A program made the translations under genes and the position numbers. A model generated the notes under the pieces. It was not told where the DNA came from, did not search any database, and worked only from the letters and a program-made list of their open reading frames with translations. Positions 1 to 8,433 of a stretch of 37,086 nucleotides of DNA are shown here, piece after piece. The stretch spans positions 1-37,086 of the forward strand of contig JBDRRP010000120.1 in NCBI GenBank assembly GCA_043825735.1. Direction: 5' to 3'. This DNA comes from Pseudomonadota bacterium. Its GTDB lineage: Bacteria; Desulfobacterota; Desulfobacteria; Desulfobacterales; JBDRRP01. Numbering within the stretch: position 1 is the first letter of the stretch; every line of letters starts with the position of its first letter.

Positions 1-35
1 GGTAGATCAGCCCGTTATCGGTTATCCATTTTTCT

Positions 36-187
36 TTCGTGTGTTTCGTGGTTTATGGTTCTTTTTTGGCGCAAGAAAAAGAGATAAGAACCTGTTTCTG
101 GCTGTGGGGGCGCACCAAGCGCTATCCCATCTCCACTTTTGACCGCAGTAACTGCTTTCAACCACGAAACACACAAAACACACGAAA
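36..187. repeat. Inverted pair of 9-bp-period repeats (TTCGTGTGTTTCGTGGTT / AACCACGAAACACAC...)
   Basis: 36-53 reverse-complements to AACCACGAAACACACGAA, which matches the start of 160-187. Related arms occur at 5130-5215, 20342-20462 and 26927-26973. Confidence 0.75.
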
Positions 188-216
188 AGTACCGCAAAGC
201 GGCTCGTTGCAACGGG

Positions 217-294
217 CCTGTCCGCCGATGCCGTGTGGCGGACCTGTCCGCCGATGGGGTGTGGCGGACCTGTCCGCCGATGGGGTGTGGCGGA
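217..294. repeat. Three tandem copies of a 26-bp palindromic unit CCTGTCCGCCGATGGGGTGTGGCGGA
   Basis: Units at 217-242, 243-268 and 269-294; the first differs at 2 nt. Each contains a TCCGCC...GGCGGA inverted repeat. No spacers. Confidence 0.92.
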
Positions 295-399
295 CACCAC
301 TCGGTGCAACCTTTGGTTGGTAGATAAGCCCGAAATTTTATTTAATCGCTTTATCTTTTCAATCTTGGCGGCTTTGCGAGAGATCCCGACTTTTTTTCT

Positions 400-523
400 G
401 TCATTCCGGACGAGTGAAGCGAGATCCGGCGCTGTTGGTCTGGAACTCGATGCGAAGCATCGGGTTTCTAAGACAATCCAGTGTTTTCAAACATTTCTGT
501 ACCCCGGCCTTCGCCGGGGTGAC
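400..523. repeat. REP-like palindromic element (GTCATTCCGG...GATCCGG...ACCCCGGCCTTCGCCGGGGTGAC); the 501-520 hairpin may also terminate the minus-strand operon
   Basis: Perfect 8-bp stem ACCCCGGC/GCCGGGGT at 501-520. GTCA...TGAC ends resemble REP-like extragenic palindromes. Confidence 0.6.
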
Positions 524-583
524 GAACTTTTGGACTTTACGAAACTGTCAATCTTGATGAAGCGACAAAAATGCGACTGCTTA

Positions 584-1276
584 CTAAGCCGTCGATCTCA
601 TGCGGCAGGCGTCCCGACCGGAGCAAAATCGGCAGCTTGACCCGACGCGGCGCTTTCGATACCCGGCGCCGATGGGGATCAGCCCCGAGACCGATTTAAG
701 CGGGATCAACGCGCCCCGGTCCCCCATGCTGACGCCGATGCGATCCAGTGCCAGCAAGTCGCAAACCTTTAGCTGCTCATCCAGCGGCCAACCGTCGCTG
801 CCGCCCGGGCCCGCGAGGTGCCCCACGCCCCAGTGCTTTCGGCGGGCCTCATCTTCTGCCATGCGACAAACGGCAGCGCCGGCCTGATTCAACGCGGCGA
901 TACCGGCGCAATCGAGCAGATAGGCCCCCAGCGGATCCCGAGACCGGTTCATTTCGCGCACGCGGCTGTCCAGCCGGGGGCCGATAGTGACGACACTGAC
1001 CAGAATCTTCTCGGCATGGCGCCATATCCGCGACGGGGGCCCGGTCTCAAGAATCGTTGCGACACCGCTCGCCGCCGAGATGACCGTGAGTGACGCGGGG
1101 TCTACGGAAACGACGTCGACCCACTGGCACACCGCCTTCGGCCGGATCAGCTGGTTGGCGCTCAGCGCGGCGGTTCGGATCTCGGTATCCATCGCCGGTG
1201 CGAGGGTGCCGCCATCCAGGCATGCAGTAACCTGCTCGCAGGTCACCGTCACCGGAATCGACAGCAGTACCGTCAT
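584..1276 (-). CDS. Vitamin B12-dependent methionine synthase activation-domain-like protein
   Basis: 230 aa. VVTIGPRLD...AYLLDCAG...GPG..GWPL.EQ...IGV...LIPLKSVSGLI pattern and a C-terminal CxxCx5C. Last gene of the corrinoid operon, overlapping the upstream stop. Confidence 0.75.
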   Translation of the reverse strand: MTVLLSIPVTVTCEQVTACLDGGTLAPAMDTEIRTAALSANQLIRPKAVCQWVDVVSVDPASLTVISAASGVATILETGPPSRIWRHAEKILVSVVTIGPRLDSRVREMNRSRDPLGAYLLDCAGIAALNQAGAAVCRMAEDEARRKHWGVGHLAGPGGSDGWPLDEQLKVCDLLALDRIGVSMGDRGALIPLKSVSGLIPIGAGYRKRRVGSSCRFCSGRDACRMRSTA

Positions 1277-2937
1277 GGCAGACCATCCGTCTTGCTTTTC
1301 GTCGCCGGCTCTGGGAAAGCCATGGCCGCCACGAAGTGTTCGGCAAATTGAGCGTCCCCGCCCAGTTCCAGAATATCAATGCGCCGCGACAGCGCCAGCG
1401 CCCGCGCAGCGATGTCCGGCTCGGTCAGCGCCATGAGGGCGCCCTTTGCGACCAGACCGGCCCGGGCCGTTACCGTGCCGGCCAGTACCGCTTCCGGCAA
1501 CATGCCGATGGCAACGGCGTTGCGGCAATTGAATCCGGCCCCGAATGCGCCGGTCAGGACCGTGTGATCGATACGTTCGGCCCCGGATCGGATCAACAGC
1601 AGTTCGATCCCGGCGCAGATGGCCGCCTTGGCCAGCTGAAGCTCCCCGATATCCTTCTGGGACAATACCAGCGGCCTGCCATGACCGGTTTTTTCAGCTT
1701 CCACCAGTGTGACCCGAACGCCGCCGACATCGATTTTCGACACCATCGGGGAGCCCCTGTCGAGAAGGCCGCCAGGGGACAGGACACCGATCCTGAGCAA
1801 CCCGGCAACGGCATCGACAATGCCGGAACCGCAGAGCCCCTCCGGCAGGGCGCCGTTCTCGGTATCGACCACGTGCCAGACAAACCGTCTGCCCGCGGGA
1901 TCGATATCCATCCGATCGATGGCACCGGCCACTGCCGGCATGCCGCAGGAAATGCGGGCCCCTTCGAAGGCCGGCCCGGTGGCACAACTGGCGGCCAGGA
2001 TACAGCCCCCGCGGCACAGCACCAGTTCCCCATTGGTGCCGATATCGACAATCAGACAGGTTTCGGAACGCTCAAAGGCGCCATCTGCCAACAGGGCACT
2101 GACCGTGTCGCCGCCAATGAACCCGGAAACCGCGGGAAATAAAACCACCGGCGCCTCCGGCCGCATGTCCAGGCCCAGCGCACCGGCGGTAAGCAGCGGC
2201 AGTTCGGTCACTGCGGGCCGGTACGGGTAGCGCCCCAGCGTACCCGGATCGATGCCGGCGAAAATGAGTGTCATGGCCGTGTTGCCGGCAAGGCTCACCC
2301 GGCCGATGGCGGCGCGCCCGATGCCGCCGGCCTCCAGGCAGGCGAAGATCAACCGGTTGACCGATTCAACCGCCAACCGCTGCATCCGCTCAAGCCCGAT
2401 GGCAGGGTCGCCGGCTGCCGCGATCCGGCTGATGACATCGTCGCCATGCCGGCGCTGGGCATTTTCGCCGGCTGCCGACGCCAGCAGGGCGCCGGTGTCA
2501 AGATCGCACAGGGCGACCTCGACCCGCGAGGTGCCCAGATCGATGGCCACCCCCACGGCGCCACGAAGGCGCCGGCACGCCGCCCTGTTGACCGTGACGG
2601 GCGCGCGGACCAGGCCATCGTCGTCAATTCTGACGGCGACGGTTCCCGTTTTGAGCGCTCGTGCCTGACAGGCCAGGCGATATCCGTTCTTGAGCTGCAG
2701 CGGTGTCAGATGGGCCGTTTCCGCCGCTGTGGGCGCGGCCAAACCGCCGCCCGTCCGCAGCCGGACCCGGCATTGGCCGCACTTTCCCGTTCCCCCGCAA
2801 TCGCTCCGCAGCAGAAAGCCGGCTTCAGACAACGCCTCAGCCAGGCCTTGCCCCTTGCGCAGGCGAAGCGCTTGAAACCGTGGCAGGGATCGCTTGAGGC
2901 AATGGCCATTGCCGGGCGTGGTGATCATCGCGTGCAT
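1273..2937 (-). CDS. RACo-type ATP-dependent reductive activator of corrinoid proteins (2Fe-2S + ASKHA/DUF4445)
   Basis: N-terminal CGGTGKCGQC...RLAC 2Fe-2S motif; ASKHA motifs IDLGTS, GDDVISRI, VDIGTNGE, CATGPAFEG, GLCGSG, QLAKAAI. Confidence 0.9.
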   Translation of the reverse strand: MHAMITTPGNGHCLKRSLPRFQALRLRKGQGLAEALSEAGFLLRSDCGGTGKCGQCRVRLRTGGGLAAPTAAETAHLTPLQLKNGYRLACQARALKTGTVAVRIDDDGLVRAPVTVNRAACRRLRGAVGVAIDLGTSRVEVALCDLDTGALLASAAGENAQRRHGDDVISRIAAAGDPAIGLERMQRLAVESVNRLIFACLEAGGIGRAAIGRVSLAGNTAMTLIFAGIDPGTLGRYPYRPAVTELPLLTAGALGLDMRPEAPVVLFPAVSGFIGGDTVSALLADGAFERSETCLIVDIGTNGELVLCRGGCILAASCATGPAFEGARISCGMPAVAGAIDRMDIDPAGRRFVWHVVDTENGALPEGLCGSGIVDAVAGLLRIGVLSPGGLLDRGSPMVSKIDVGGVRVTLVEAEKTGHGRPLVLSQKDIGELQLAKAAICAGIELLLIRSGAERIDHTVLTGAFGAGFNCRNAVAIGMLPEAVLAGTVTARAGLVAKGALMALTEPDIAARALALSRRIDILELGGDAQFAEHFVAAMAFPEPATKSKTDGLP

Positions 2938-2940
2938 CTT

Positions 2941-3744
2941 TTAAACCGGTACCCTCCCGGCAGCGCAACTGTCCATGAACTGCAGGCAATAATCATCTTC
3001 ACCCAGCAGCAGTCGGGTCGTTTGAATGGCCGCCATCAGATCCCGATCGAGGGGGTCGAGCAGAGCGCCGTCGAGCCCCCGGCTCATCATCAGCGTCAGA
3101 AAGGTTCGGTTGATGATGCGCCGGGCGGGCAGCCCGAAGGAGATGTTGGACAGGCCGCACACGGTCTTCACGCCGGGAATGCCTTTTTTAATGGCTGCCA
3201 CCGCCGCCATAGCGGTGAGACCGTTTGCCGTCTGGGTGCTCACGGGGCCCACGAGGGGGTCGATCCAGATGGCGGTCGGGTCGATGCCGATCGATACCAG
3301 TGCGCTCACCAGCCGTTCGCTGCGGCGACATATTTCCGCCACCGATTCGGGCATACCGGCGTCGTCCATGCACAGGGCGATCACCTGGCACCGGCGCCCC
3401 CGCAAGATATCCAGCATGCGCTCGCAGCGTTTGTGCTCCAGGGAAATCGAGTTGATCATCGGCGGCAGCGTCAGCAGATCCAGAACCGATTCGATGACGC
3501 CGGGGTCCGGGCTGTCGATGCACAAAGGAACGCTTGCCACCGCCTGAACGGTGCTGATCAACCACTTCATGTCCTCAGCCTCGGTGTGTACGCCGGCGCC
3601 GGTGTTGACGTCGATACAGCCCGCCCCGCCATCCTGCTGGCCGATCACGAGGCGCTCGATTGTCTCAGCGTCGCGCGCCGATACCGCGTCTCGAATCGTT
3701 TTCCGGGTGGTATTGAGCAGTTCGCCGATAATGGTAAATGGCAT
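2941..3744 (-). CDS. Methyltetrahydrofolate:corrinoid methyltransferase (AcsE/MetH pterin-binding, DHPS-like fold)
   Basis: IIGELLN, IDVN, PLCIDS, MINSIS, IWIDPL, GLSNISFGLP.R..IN motifs. Start reassigned to ATG 3744 (AAGGGG RBS, directly after the MFS stop). Confidence 0.9.
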   Translation of the reverse strand: MPFTIIGELLNTTRKTIRDAVSARDAETIERLVIGQQDGGAGCIDVNTGAGVHTEAEDMKWLISTVQAVASVPLCIDSPDPGVIESVLDLLTLPPMINSISLEHKRCERMLDILRGRRCQVIALCMDDAGMPESVAEICRRSERLVSALVSIGIDPTAIWIDPLVGPVSTQTANGLTAMAAVAAIKKGIPGVKTVCGLSNISFGLPARRIINRTFLTLMMSRGLDGALLDPLDRDLMAAIQTTRLLLGEDDYCLQFMDSCAAGRVPV

Positions 3745-3748
3745 CGTT

Positions 3749-5065
3749 TCATCCCCTTGGCAGCGGTGGCACCGATGGTTCCAGCGCCGCGGTGGCTTGC
3801 TCCACGGCGGCCAGATCACCGGCATAAAACAGAGAACCGATGAGAAACAGCACGCTTCCCAGCACCGCAAACATGGGCAGCCAGGTCATGGCCGTTTCAA
3901 GACCATAGCGATCCGACAGGGCCCCGATGAACAGCGGGCCGAGCGCACTGCCCAAAAGATGCTGGATGATCACGTTGAGGCTCAGCGAGGTGGCGCGCAG
4001 ACCGGGGTGGACGACATCCTGGGTCACGGCCACCGCGGCCGGCACAAAAGCCACCGCGAAAACACCGGCGGCCAGCAGGATCAGGTACTGCGCCTGGCCC
4101 CGGAAAAACATGAATGCGACAAACAACAGCACCGCCGTCATCGCAGACGATAGCCCCGGAAACACCATCCGGGCGTTCAGACGCCGCTTCATCCAGGCGT
4201 CGGCGATATAGCCCCCCAGCGGTGCCCCGATAATGGCCAGCAGCATCACCGACCCGCCTTTGAGGCCGGCCGTGGTCATTGGAATGCCGTCAATCCGGTT
4301 GAAGTAGGTCGGCAGCCATGTCAGCAGCGATGTGGTGACAAAAACGTTGGCGGCAAAGGCAAGATTGGTGAAAAACAGGGTGCGGTTCCGGGTGAACTGG
4401 CGCACCAACTCGACCCCGCGCAGCTTCACCAGCCGTTGCTGATCCCCGTGCGTCACTGTTTTGACCAATGCGACGGTGCGGTAATCTCTGACCGTGAAAA
4501 ACAGCAGGGCGATCACCAGGCCCGGCGCGGCTACCAGCCCGAACGCGGCACGCCAGCCGAAGTGTTCGGCCACCAGCCCACCGATGGCGATGCCAAGGGC
4601 GCTTCCCAGAGGAATCGATGCGTTCCACAATCCGAGCACCCGGGCCCGCTGCTGCTTGGGAAAAACGGCGGATATCATGGCGGTTCCCCCGGGTGCATAC
4701 CCCGCCTCTCCGATCCCGATTGCCGTTCTGACGACGAACAGCTGGCCGAAATTCCGGGTCACCGCGCACGCCAGCGTCGCCAGGCTCCAGAGGGCCGCCA
4801 TCAGCCCGATACTCTTTTTGCGGCTCCAACGGTCCACCAGGATGGACACCGGAAACGAAAAAACCAGTATCGACCAGTAGACGGCCGAGACGAGCAGTCC
4901 GCACTGGGTGTCGGTGATCCCCCAGTCCCTTTTGAGGTAGGGAAACAGGGAGACGATGACCATCCGGTCCATGTAGTCGAACATGTACAGCAGAAACAGA
5001 AGTGAAAACAGATAGCGGCGGTAAGATGGCGAGGTCCCCGTTTCCAGGGCGACAGCATTTTTCAT
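3749..5065 (-). CDS. MFS transporter (spinster-like)
   Basis: 438 aa with about 12 hydrophobic helices; DYMDR, LVDRWSRK (motif A-like), GIGEAG, GWR.AF. Confidence 0.9.
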   Translation of the reverse strand: MKNAVALETGTSPSYRRYLFSLLFLLYMFDYMDRMVIVSLFPYLKRDWGITDTQCGLLVSAVYWSILVFSFPVSILVDRWSRKKSIGLMAALWSLATLACAVTRNFGQLFVVRTAIGIGEAGYAPGGTAMISAVFPKQQRARVLGLWNASIPLGSALGIAIGGLVAEHFGWRAAFGLVAAPGLVIALLFFTVRDYRTVALVKTVTHGDQQRLVKLRGVELVRQFTRNRTLFFTNLAFAANVFVTTSLLTWLPTYFNRIDGIPMTTAGLKGGSVMLLAIIGAPLGGYIADAWMKRRLNARMVFPGLSSAMTAVLLFVAFMFFRGQAQYLILLAAGVFAVAFVPAAVAVTQDVVHPGLRATSLSLNVIIQHLLGSALGPLFIGALSDRYGLETAMTWLPMFAVLGSVLFLIGSLFYAGDLAAVEQATAALEPSVPPLPRG

Positions 5066-5129
5066 GTTCGCCTTTCAGTATAGCGCTTATCGACGATGCT
5101 CCAGTGGATTATTTCTAAGCGTGATTTTA

Positions 5130-5215
5130 ACCACGGAGTTCACGGAGGACACGGAGGTTTGTATTTTAAAACCAATTGCTTTTGTTCTTCTCCGTGTCCT
5201 CCGTGACGCCGTGGT
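5130..5215. repeat. Intra-operonic hairpin built from 9-bp-period repeats (ACCACGGAGTTCACGGAGGACACGGAG ... CTCCGTGTCCTCCGTGACGCCGTGGT)
   Basis: Arms 5130-5156 and 5190-5215 are near-perfect reverse complements. Lies between the UroD-like and MFS genes. Confidence 0.85.
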
Positions 5216-5228
5216 GATTAAACCGTCA

Positions 5229-6311
5229 TCAAGAGTAGCGGCCATATTTTCGGGTGGCCTCGAACATGGCGATGCAATTTTCCGGGTCGACCCCGGGGTG
5301 GAGCGAATTGGAGGAGCAGATAATCAACCCGCCCCCCCGTCCGGCGTCGTCGATGGCCTGCTTGACGGCCGCATCGACCTCAGCGGGCGTTCCGTGGGGC
5401 AGCAGGTCGATGCAGTCGATATTGCCGAGCAGGCAGATGCGCTCACCGCAGTAGGCCTTTACTTTCGCCAGCGCCATCCCCGCCTGAGGCTCCAGCGGAT
5501 TCAAACCGTCGTAGCCGCTGTCGAGCAATATGTCCATGAGGGGCCATAGATTGCCGTCACTGTGGCGCACCACCTTGAGCCCTTTGTCGTGGGCTGCGTC
5601 GACGATTTGCCGATTGTAGCGGTTGACGAATTCGACAAACTGCTCGGGTGCGATCAGCGGAAAGTTCTTGTCGGCGATGTCATCCTCGATCACCAGCACG
5701 TCGAGGCCGGCCGCTGCGAGCATATCGAGCTGAGCCAGATTGTAGCGCAGGGTCATCTGCGCCACGCGGTGTACGAACGCCGGATCGTCGAACATCTTGA
5801 GCATCATGTTCTCCATCCCCATGAGCCGCCAGCAGCGCACGAACGTCCCGCGCATGAGCCAGAAAAGCGCCTTTTCACCCTTGAACCGGTCCCGCGCGAG
5901 ATCGAGCAGCAGCAGGTGCCCGCGGTCGGGTTCCGGCCACACGTATGTTTCCAGATCCGATGGTTCTTTAATGGGATGGCCTTTGGCCACCGGCAGGCCG
6001 AATTCGCTCAGGGCGTAAACGACCCCGAATTCATCTTTGACATGCGCTGCATCCAGGCTGGTTTCATGACCGATCTCGAACGCCGAAAAACCGTCCACCT
6101 CAAATGTTTCATGAATCAGAAACAGTGTGTCCAGCAGCTTCAACTTCTCGGCATCACCCATCTCCCGGAAATCCTTCACCGCCGGCAGGCCGTCGGTGAT
6201 ATGCCGGCCGATACCGATAATGGGCGCCTCGTTGATTCCATGGATGTACAGGGGCACCCGGTCGGCCTGGCGAACCGACAGGGCGGTCAGAATGCGCTGC
6301 TTGCCGTTCAT
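5229..6311 (-). CDS. Uroporphyrinogen decarboxylase (UroD/MtaA/CmuA)-family protein, probable substrate:corrinoid methyltransferase
   Basis: MNGKQRIL.AL...ADRVP start; DEFGV, LMGMENMM, EDDIA, HSDGN, LLGNID, SSNSLHPGV.PEN..AM. Overlaps the corrinoid protein gene stop. Confidence 0.85.
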   Translation of the reverse strand: MNGKQRILTALSVRQADRVPLYIHGINEAPIIGIGRHITDGLPAVKDFREMGDAEKLKLLDTLFLIHETFEVDGFSAFEIGHETSLDAAHVKDEFGVVYALSEFGLPVAKGHPIKEPSDLETYVWPEPDRGHLLLLDLARDRFKGEKALFWLMRGTFVRCWRLMGMENMMLKMFDDPAFVHRVAQMTLRYNLAQLDMLAAAGLDVLVIEDDIADKNFPLIAPEQFVEFVNRYNRQIVDAAHDKGLKVVRHSDGNLWPLMDILLDSGYDGLNPLEPQAGMALAKVKAYCGERICLLGNIDCIDLLPHGTPAEVDAAVKQAIDDAGRGGGLIICSSNSLHPGVDPENCIAMFEATRKYGRYS

Positions 6312-6955
6312 CTCACCGCCTCCCTGCCGCCGCCGACCAGGGTCATTGCCAGCATCGCGGCCGTGGCGGCATCGGCGCCATAGGCATCGGCGCCGATGCG
6401 GTCCGCAAACGCCTGGCTCACCGCGCCGCCGCCGACCATGACTTTTATGTTCGCGCGCAGCCCGGCCTTATCGAGGGCTTCGATGGTCTCACCGATAAAG
6501 GGCGCGGTGGTTGACAGCAGCGCGCTCATGGCCACGATCTGCACGGTGTCGTCGACCGCTTCGACAAATCGCTCGGCCGGCGCATCGATGCCGACATCGA
6601 TCACTTCGAACCCCTTGCCCTCAAGCATGGTCGAGACCAGATTTTTCCCGATGTCGTGGTGGTCCCCCCGCACGGTGCCGAGCACCACCCGGCCGGCCGC
6701 CGCATTGCCGCTTTCCGCCAGCAGTGGCTTCAGGATATCCAGGGCGGCGTGCATGGCCCTTGCCGCCAGCAGCATGTGGGGGATGTAGATCTCTCCGGCC
6801 TGGAACTTCCGGCCCACCACATCCATGCCGGCAATCAACCCCTCGTTGAGCACGGTTTCCGGCGACAGGCCCGCATCGAACGCCCGCCGGACCAGCGCTA
6901 CAATCTGTTTCTGATCGCCTTTCGGCAGTGCTTCCAAAATTTGCTCGAGTATCAT
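6308..6955 (-). CDS. Corrinoid (cobalamin-binding) protein, MtaC/MttC-like
   Basis: Cap domain (GLIAGM..VG.KF..GE.Y.P.ML.AA.AM), DHHDIGKN (DxHxxG), SALL, VMVGG, IGADAY. ATG 6955 is preferred over GTG 6994 because of the promoter position. Confidence 0.92.
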   Translation of the reverse strand: MILEQILEALPKGDQKQIVALVRRAFDAGLSPETVLNEGLIAGMDVVGRKFQAGEIYIPHMLLAARAMHAALDILKPLLAESGNAAAGRVVLGTVRGDHHDIGKNLVSTMLEGKGFEVIDVGIDAPAERFVEAVDDTVQIVAMSALLSTTAPFIGETIEALDKAGLRANIKVMVGGGAVSQAFADRIGADAYGADAATAAMLAMTLVGGGREAVR

Positions 6956-7005
6956 GGTCTCATTTTCCGCCGGTGCAGTTGATGTTAATACCACTAACTT
7001 GATGA

Positions 7006-7034
7006 ACCATATTTAATTTACGTATTTTAGTCAA
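7006..7034 (-). promoter_or_regulatory. Sigma70-type promoter for the methyltransferase operon
   Basis: Minus strand TTGACT (7029-7034), N17 spacer, TATGGT (7006-7011), in a very AT-rich tract. Confidence 0.6.
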
Positions 7035-7047
7035 TACAGCTTTTTTG

Positions 7048-7137
7048 AAATATAGATATTTACATATATATAAGTTTGTTATTTAGAGGTTAACGCCATG
7101 AGTTGCAGAGATTTATAGCAGATATTCTCAAATATCT
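7048..7137. promoter_or_regulatory. Candidate regulator-binding palindromes upstream of the operon promoter
   Basis: AGATATT-ctca-AATATCT at 7120-7137 and AAATAT-ag-ATATTT at 7048-7061; both contain AGATATT. The AT-rich background lowers significance. Confidence 0.3.
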
Positions 7138-7142
7138 AGAGT

Positions 7143-7280
7143 TAGTACCATCCACGGGAAGCCCCTTGCTCCCTCTCCCTTGATGGGAGAAGGCTGGGGT
7201 GAGGGTGACAACCCACCGATGACAAAAGGTCATCTGATACCGACCCGCCCCCTCCCGCCGGGGAGGGGCAATTTTTAAAG
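7143..7280. mobile_element. Degenerate MITE/REP-like element, inverted copy of 26749-26903
   Basis: ccatccacgggaagccccttgctccctctcccttgatgggagaaggctggggtgagggtgacaacccaccgat aligns with the reverse complement of about 26825-26900 with few mismatches. Confidence 0.75.
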
Positions 7281-7689
7281 CGCCAGTTTAGCGCCAGCAA
7301 CCGGTGTTTGGAACAGCCGCCTGTACGACGACATGGTCCTGAACGTAAAGCCCCTGACGGTCGATGACGTTGTCCAGATCCTGATCGATACGGTGAAAAA
7401 ACCGGCGTACAAAACCACCGCCGAATCCCAAAAACGGATCGAGGATCTGGCCCTGGCGATGAAAGTGCAGGCCGAGCTGGTCAAACTGGTCCCGAAAGTG
7501 GAAGTCGAAGCAGACGCCGGCCACGTGTTTGTCAATGCCTTCGGTGAAAACGTGCCCAAGTCCAAAACACTCGTCGCCAAAATCAAAGTCATCGCTGAAG
7601 GCGTCGACGGCGTTGGTGAAGTAACCCTGAACATCCCGGGAAAACCGGGGCCTCAAACACACGTCAACCCATTTCACAACATCGCCTGA
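7279..7689 (+). pseudogene. 5'-truncated cytidylate-kinase-like family protein with C-terminal BON-like domain (residual ORF 7333-7689)
   Basis: The frame is open upstream of ATG 7333 (WNSRLYDDMVLNV..LTVDDVV..I.DTVKKP.Y.TT.ES.K...DLALA..V.A.L), resembling the C-terminal half of Desulfobacterota cytidylate-kinase-like proteins. In-frame TAA at 7276 lies within the repeat edge. No RBS before 7333. Confidence 0.6.
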
Positions 7690-7698
7690 CATCCGGAC

Positions 7699-7743
7699 GG
7701 GGCGGGGGCTTTCCGATCGCGCAAGGCCGCCGCCCCGGAAAAA
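7699..7743. terminator. Possible GC-rich hairpin between convergent genes
   Basis: GGGGCGGGGGCTT...AAGGCCGCCGCCCC followed by an A-tract (a U-tract on the minus strand). Imperfect stem. Confidence 0.35.
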
Positions 7744-7815
7744 CCGCATGACACGCGCCAATGGTCAGGCAGCGGCGGCCACTTCGGTCAGGGCCCATGA
7801 TTCAGCGGCCCGCCG

Positions 7816-8433
7816 CTAGGCCTGCGGCGGTCTTTGCCGAAGCGCTTTCTCGAGCACAAGGCTTTTTTCGAGGAGCGCTTGGTAGCAGCGCTTTCGGGAG
7901 CACTCAACGGCGCATGACACGATGGAAACGATGAGATAGGTCACCATAAAGCGGCAGGCAGCGGTGGCTGGGTAATGGAATTGCCCGGCGTCGAAGACAA
8001 GAAAGGTTGCCGATATGGTGATGGAGGCGGCCACCCACCAGGAACCTTCTCCGGTGCCGAAAAGATAGAACATGGTGATGGGGAAGAAATAAAACCAGAC
8101 GAACGCATTCCCCTCTCCGCCGCCCAGAGACAACTCGTTGGTGAGCAGCATCAGCGCCAGCAAGGCGGTGATGCGCAAATGGGAAATGGTGTTTTCCCGA
8201 ATCCTGAGCAGCAGCAGGTTTGTCATCAGGATCAGCATGACCCCGATCACAACGCTCCCCTCCAACAACCGACCGGATAACAGATCATTGAGACCGTAAA
8301 CAACCGCAAACGGAACCGGAACAAGAATGCTGACGGCAAGAAAACTGCGTTTACGGCGTTCCTCGGTTCCCATCTCCGCCCAGGAAAACTGATTTTCCAA
8401 AAAACTGATCGCCGGGTCCAGAAGGATGGTCAT
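7816..8433 (-). CDS. Integral membrane protein (about 6 TM sensor-like domain), possibly C-terminally truncated
   Basis: 205 aa with multiple hydrophobic helices, GGG.G...W..FFP...F.L.G..EG..W. Ends in a short coiled-coil (LLEKSLVLEKALRQ) with no output domain. Confidence 0.65.
   Translation of the reverse strand: MTILLDPAISFLENQFSWAEMGTEERRKRSFLAVSILVPVPFAVVYGLNDLLSGRLLEGSVVIGVMLILMTNLLLLRIRENTISHLRITALLALMLLTNELSLGGGEGNAFVWFYFFPITMFYLFGTGEGSWWVAASITISATFLVFDAGQFHYPATAACRFMVTYLIVSIVSCAVECSRKRCYQALLEKSLVLEKALRQRPPQA

Noticed and set aside
217..294. Possible CRISPR array (26-bp palindromic repeats)
   Set aside because: The units are directly adjacent with no spacers, and there are no cas genes in the window.
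15..640. Short ORFs at the window start
   Set aside because: They are translations of repeat sequences with no protein-family signal.
2446..3843. 465-aa plus-strand ORF
   Set aside because: Antisense to the well-supported RACo and methyltransferase genes; no family signal.
6956..7280. Cobalamin riboswitch upstream of the corrinoid operon
   Set aside because: No B12-box or other conserved elements seen; the structured part is explained by the dispersed MITE-like repeat.
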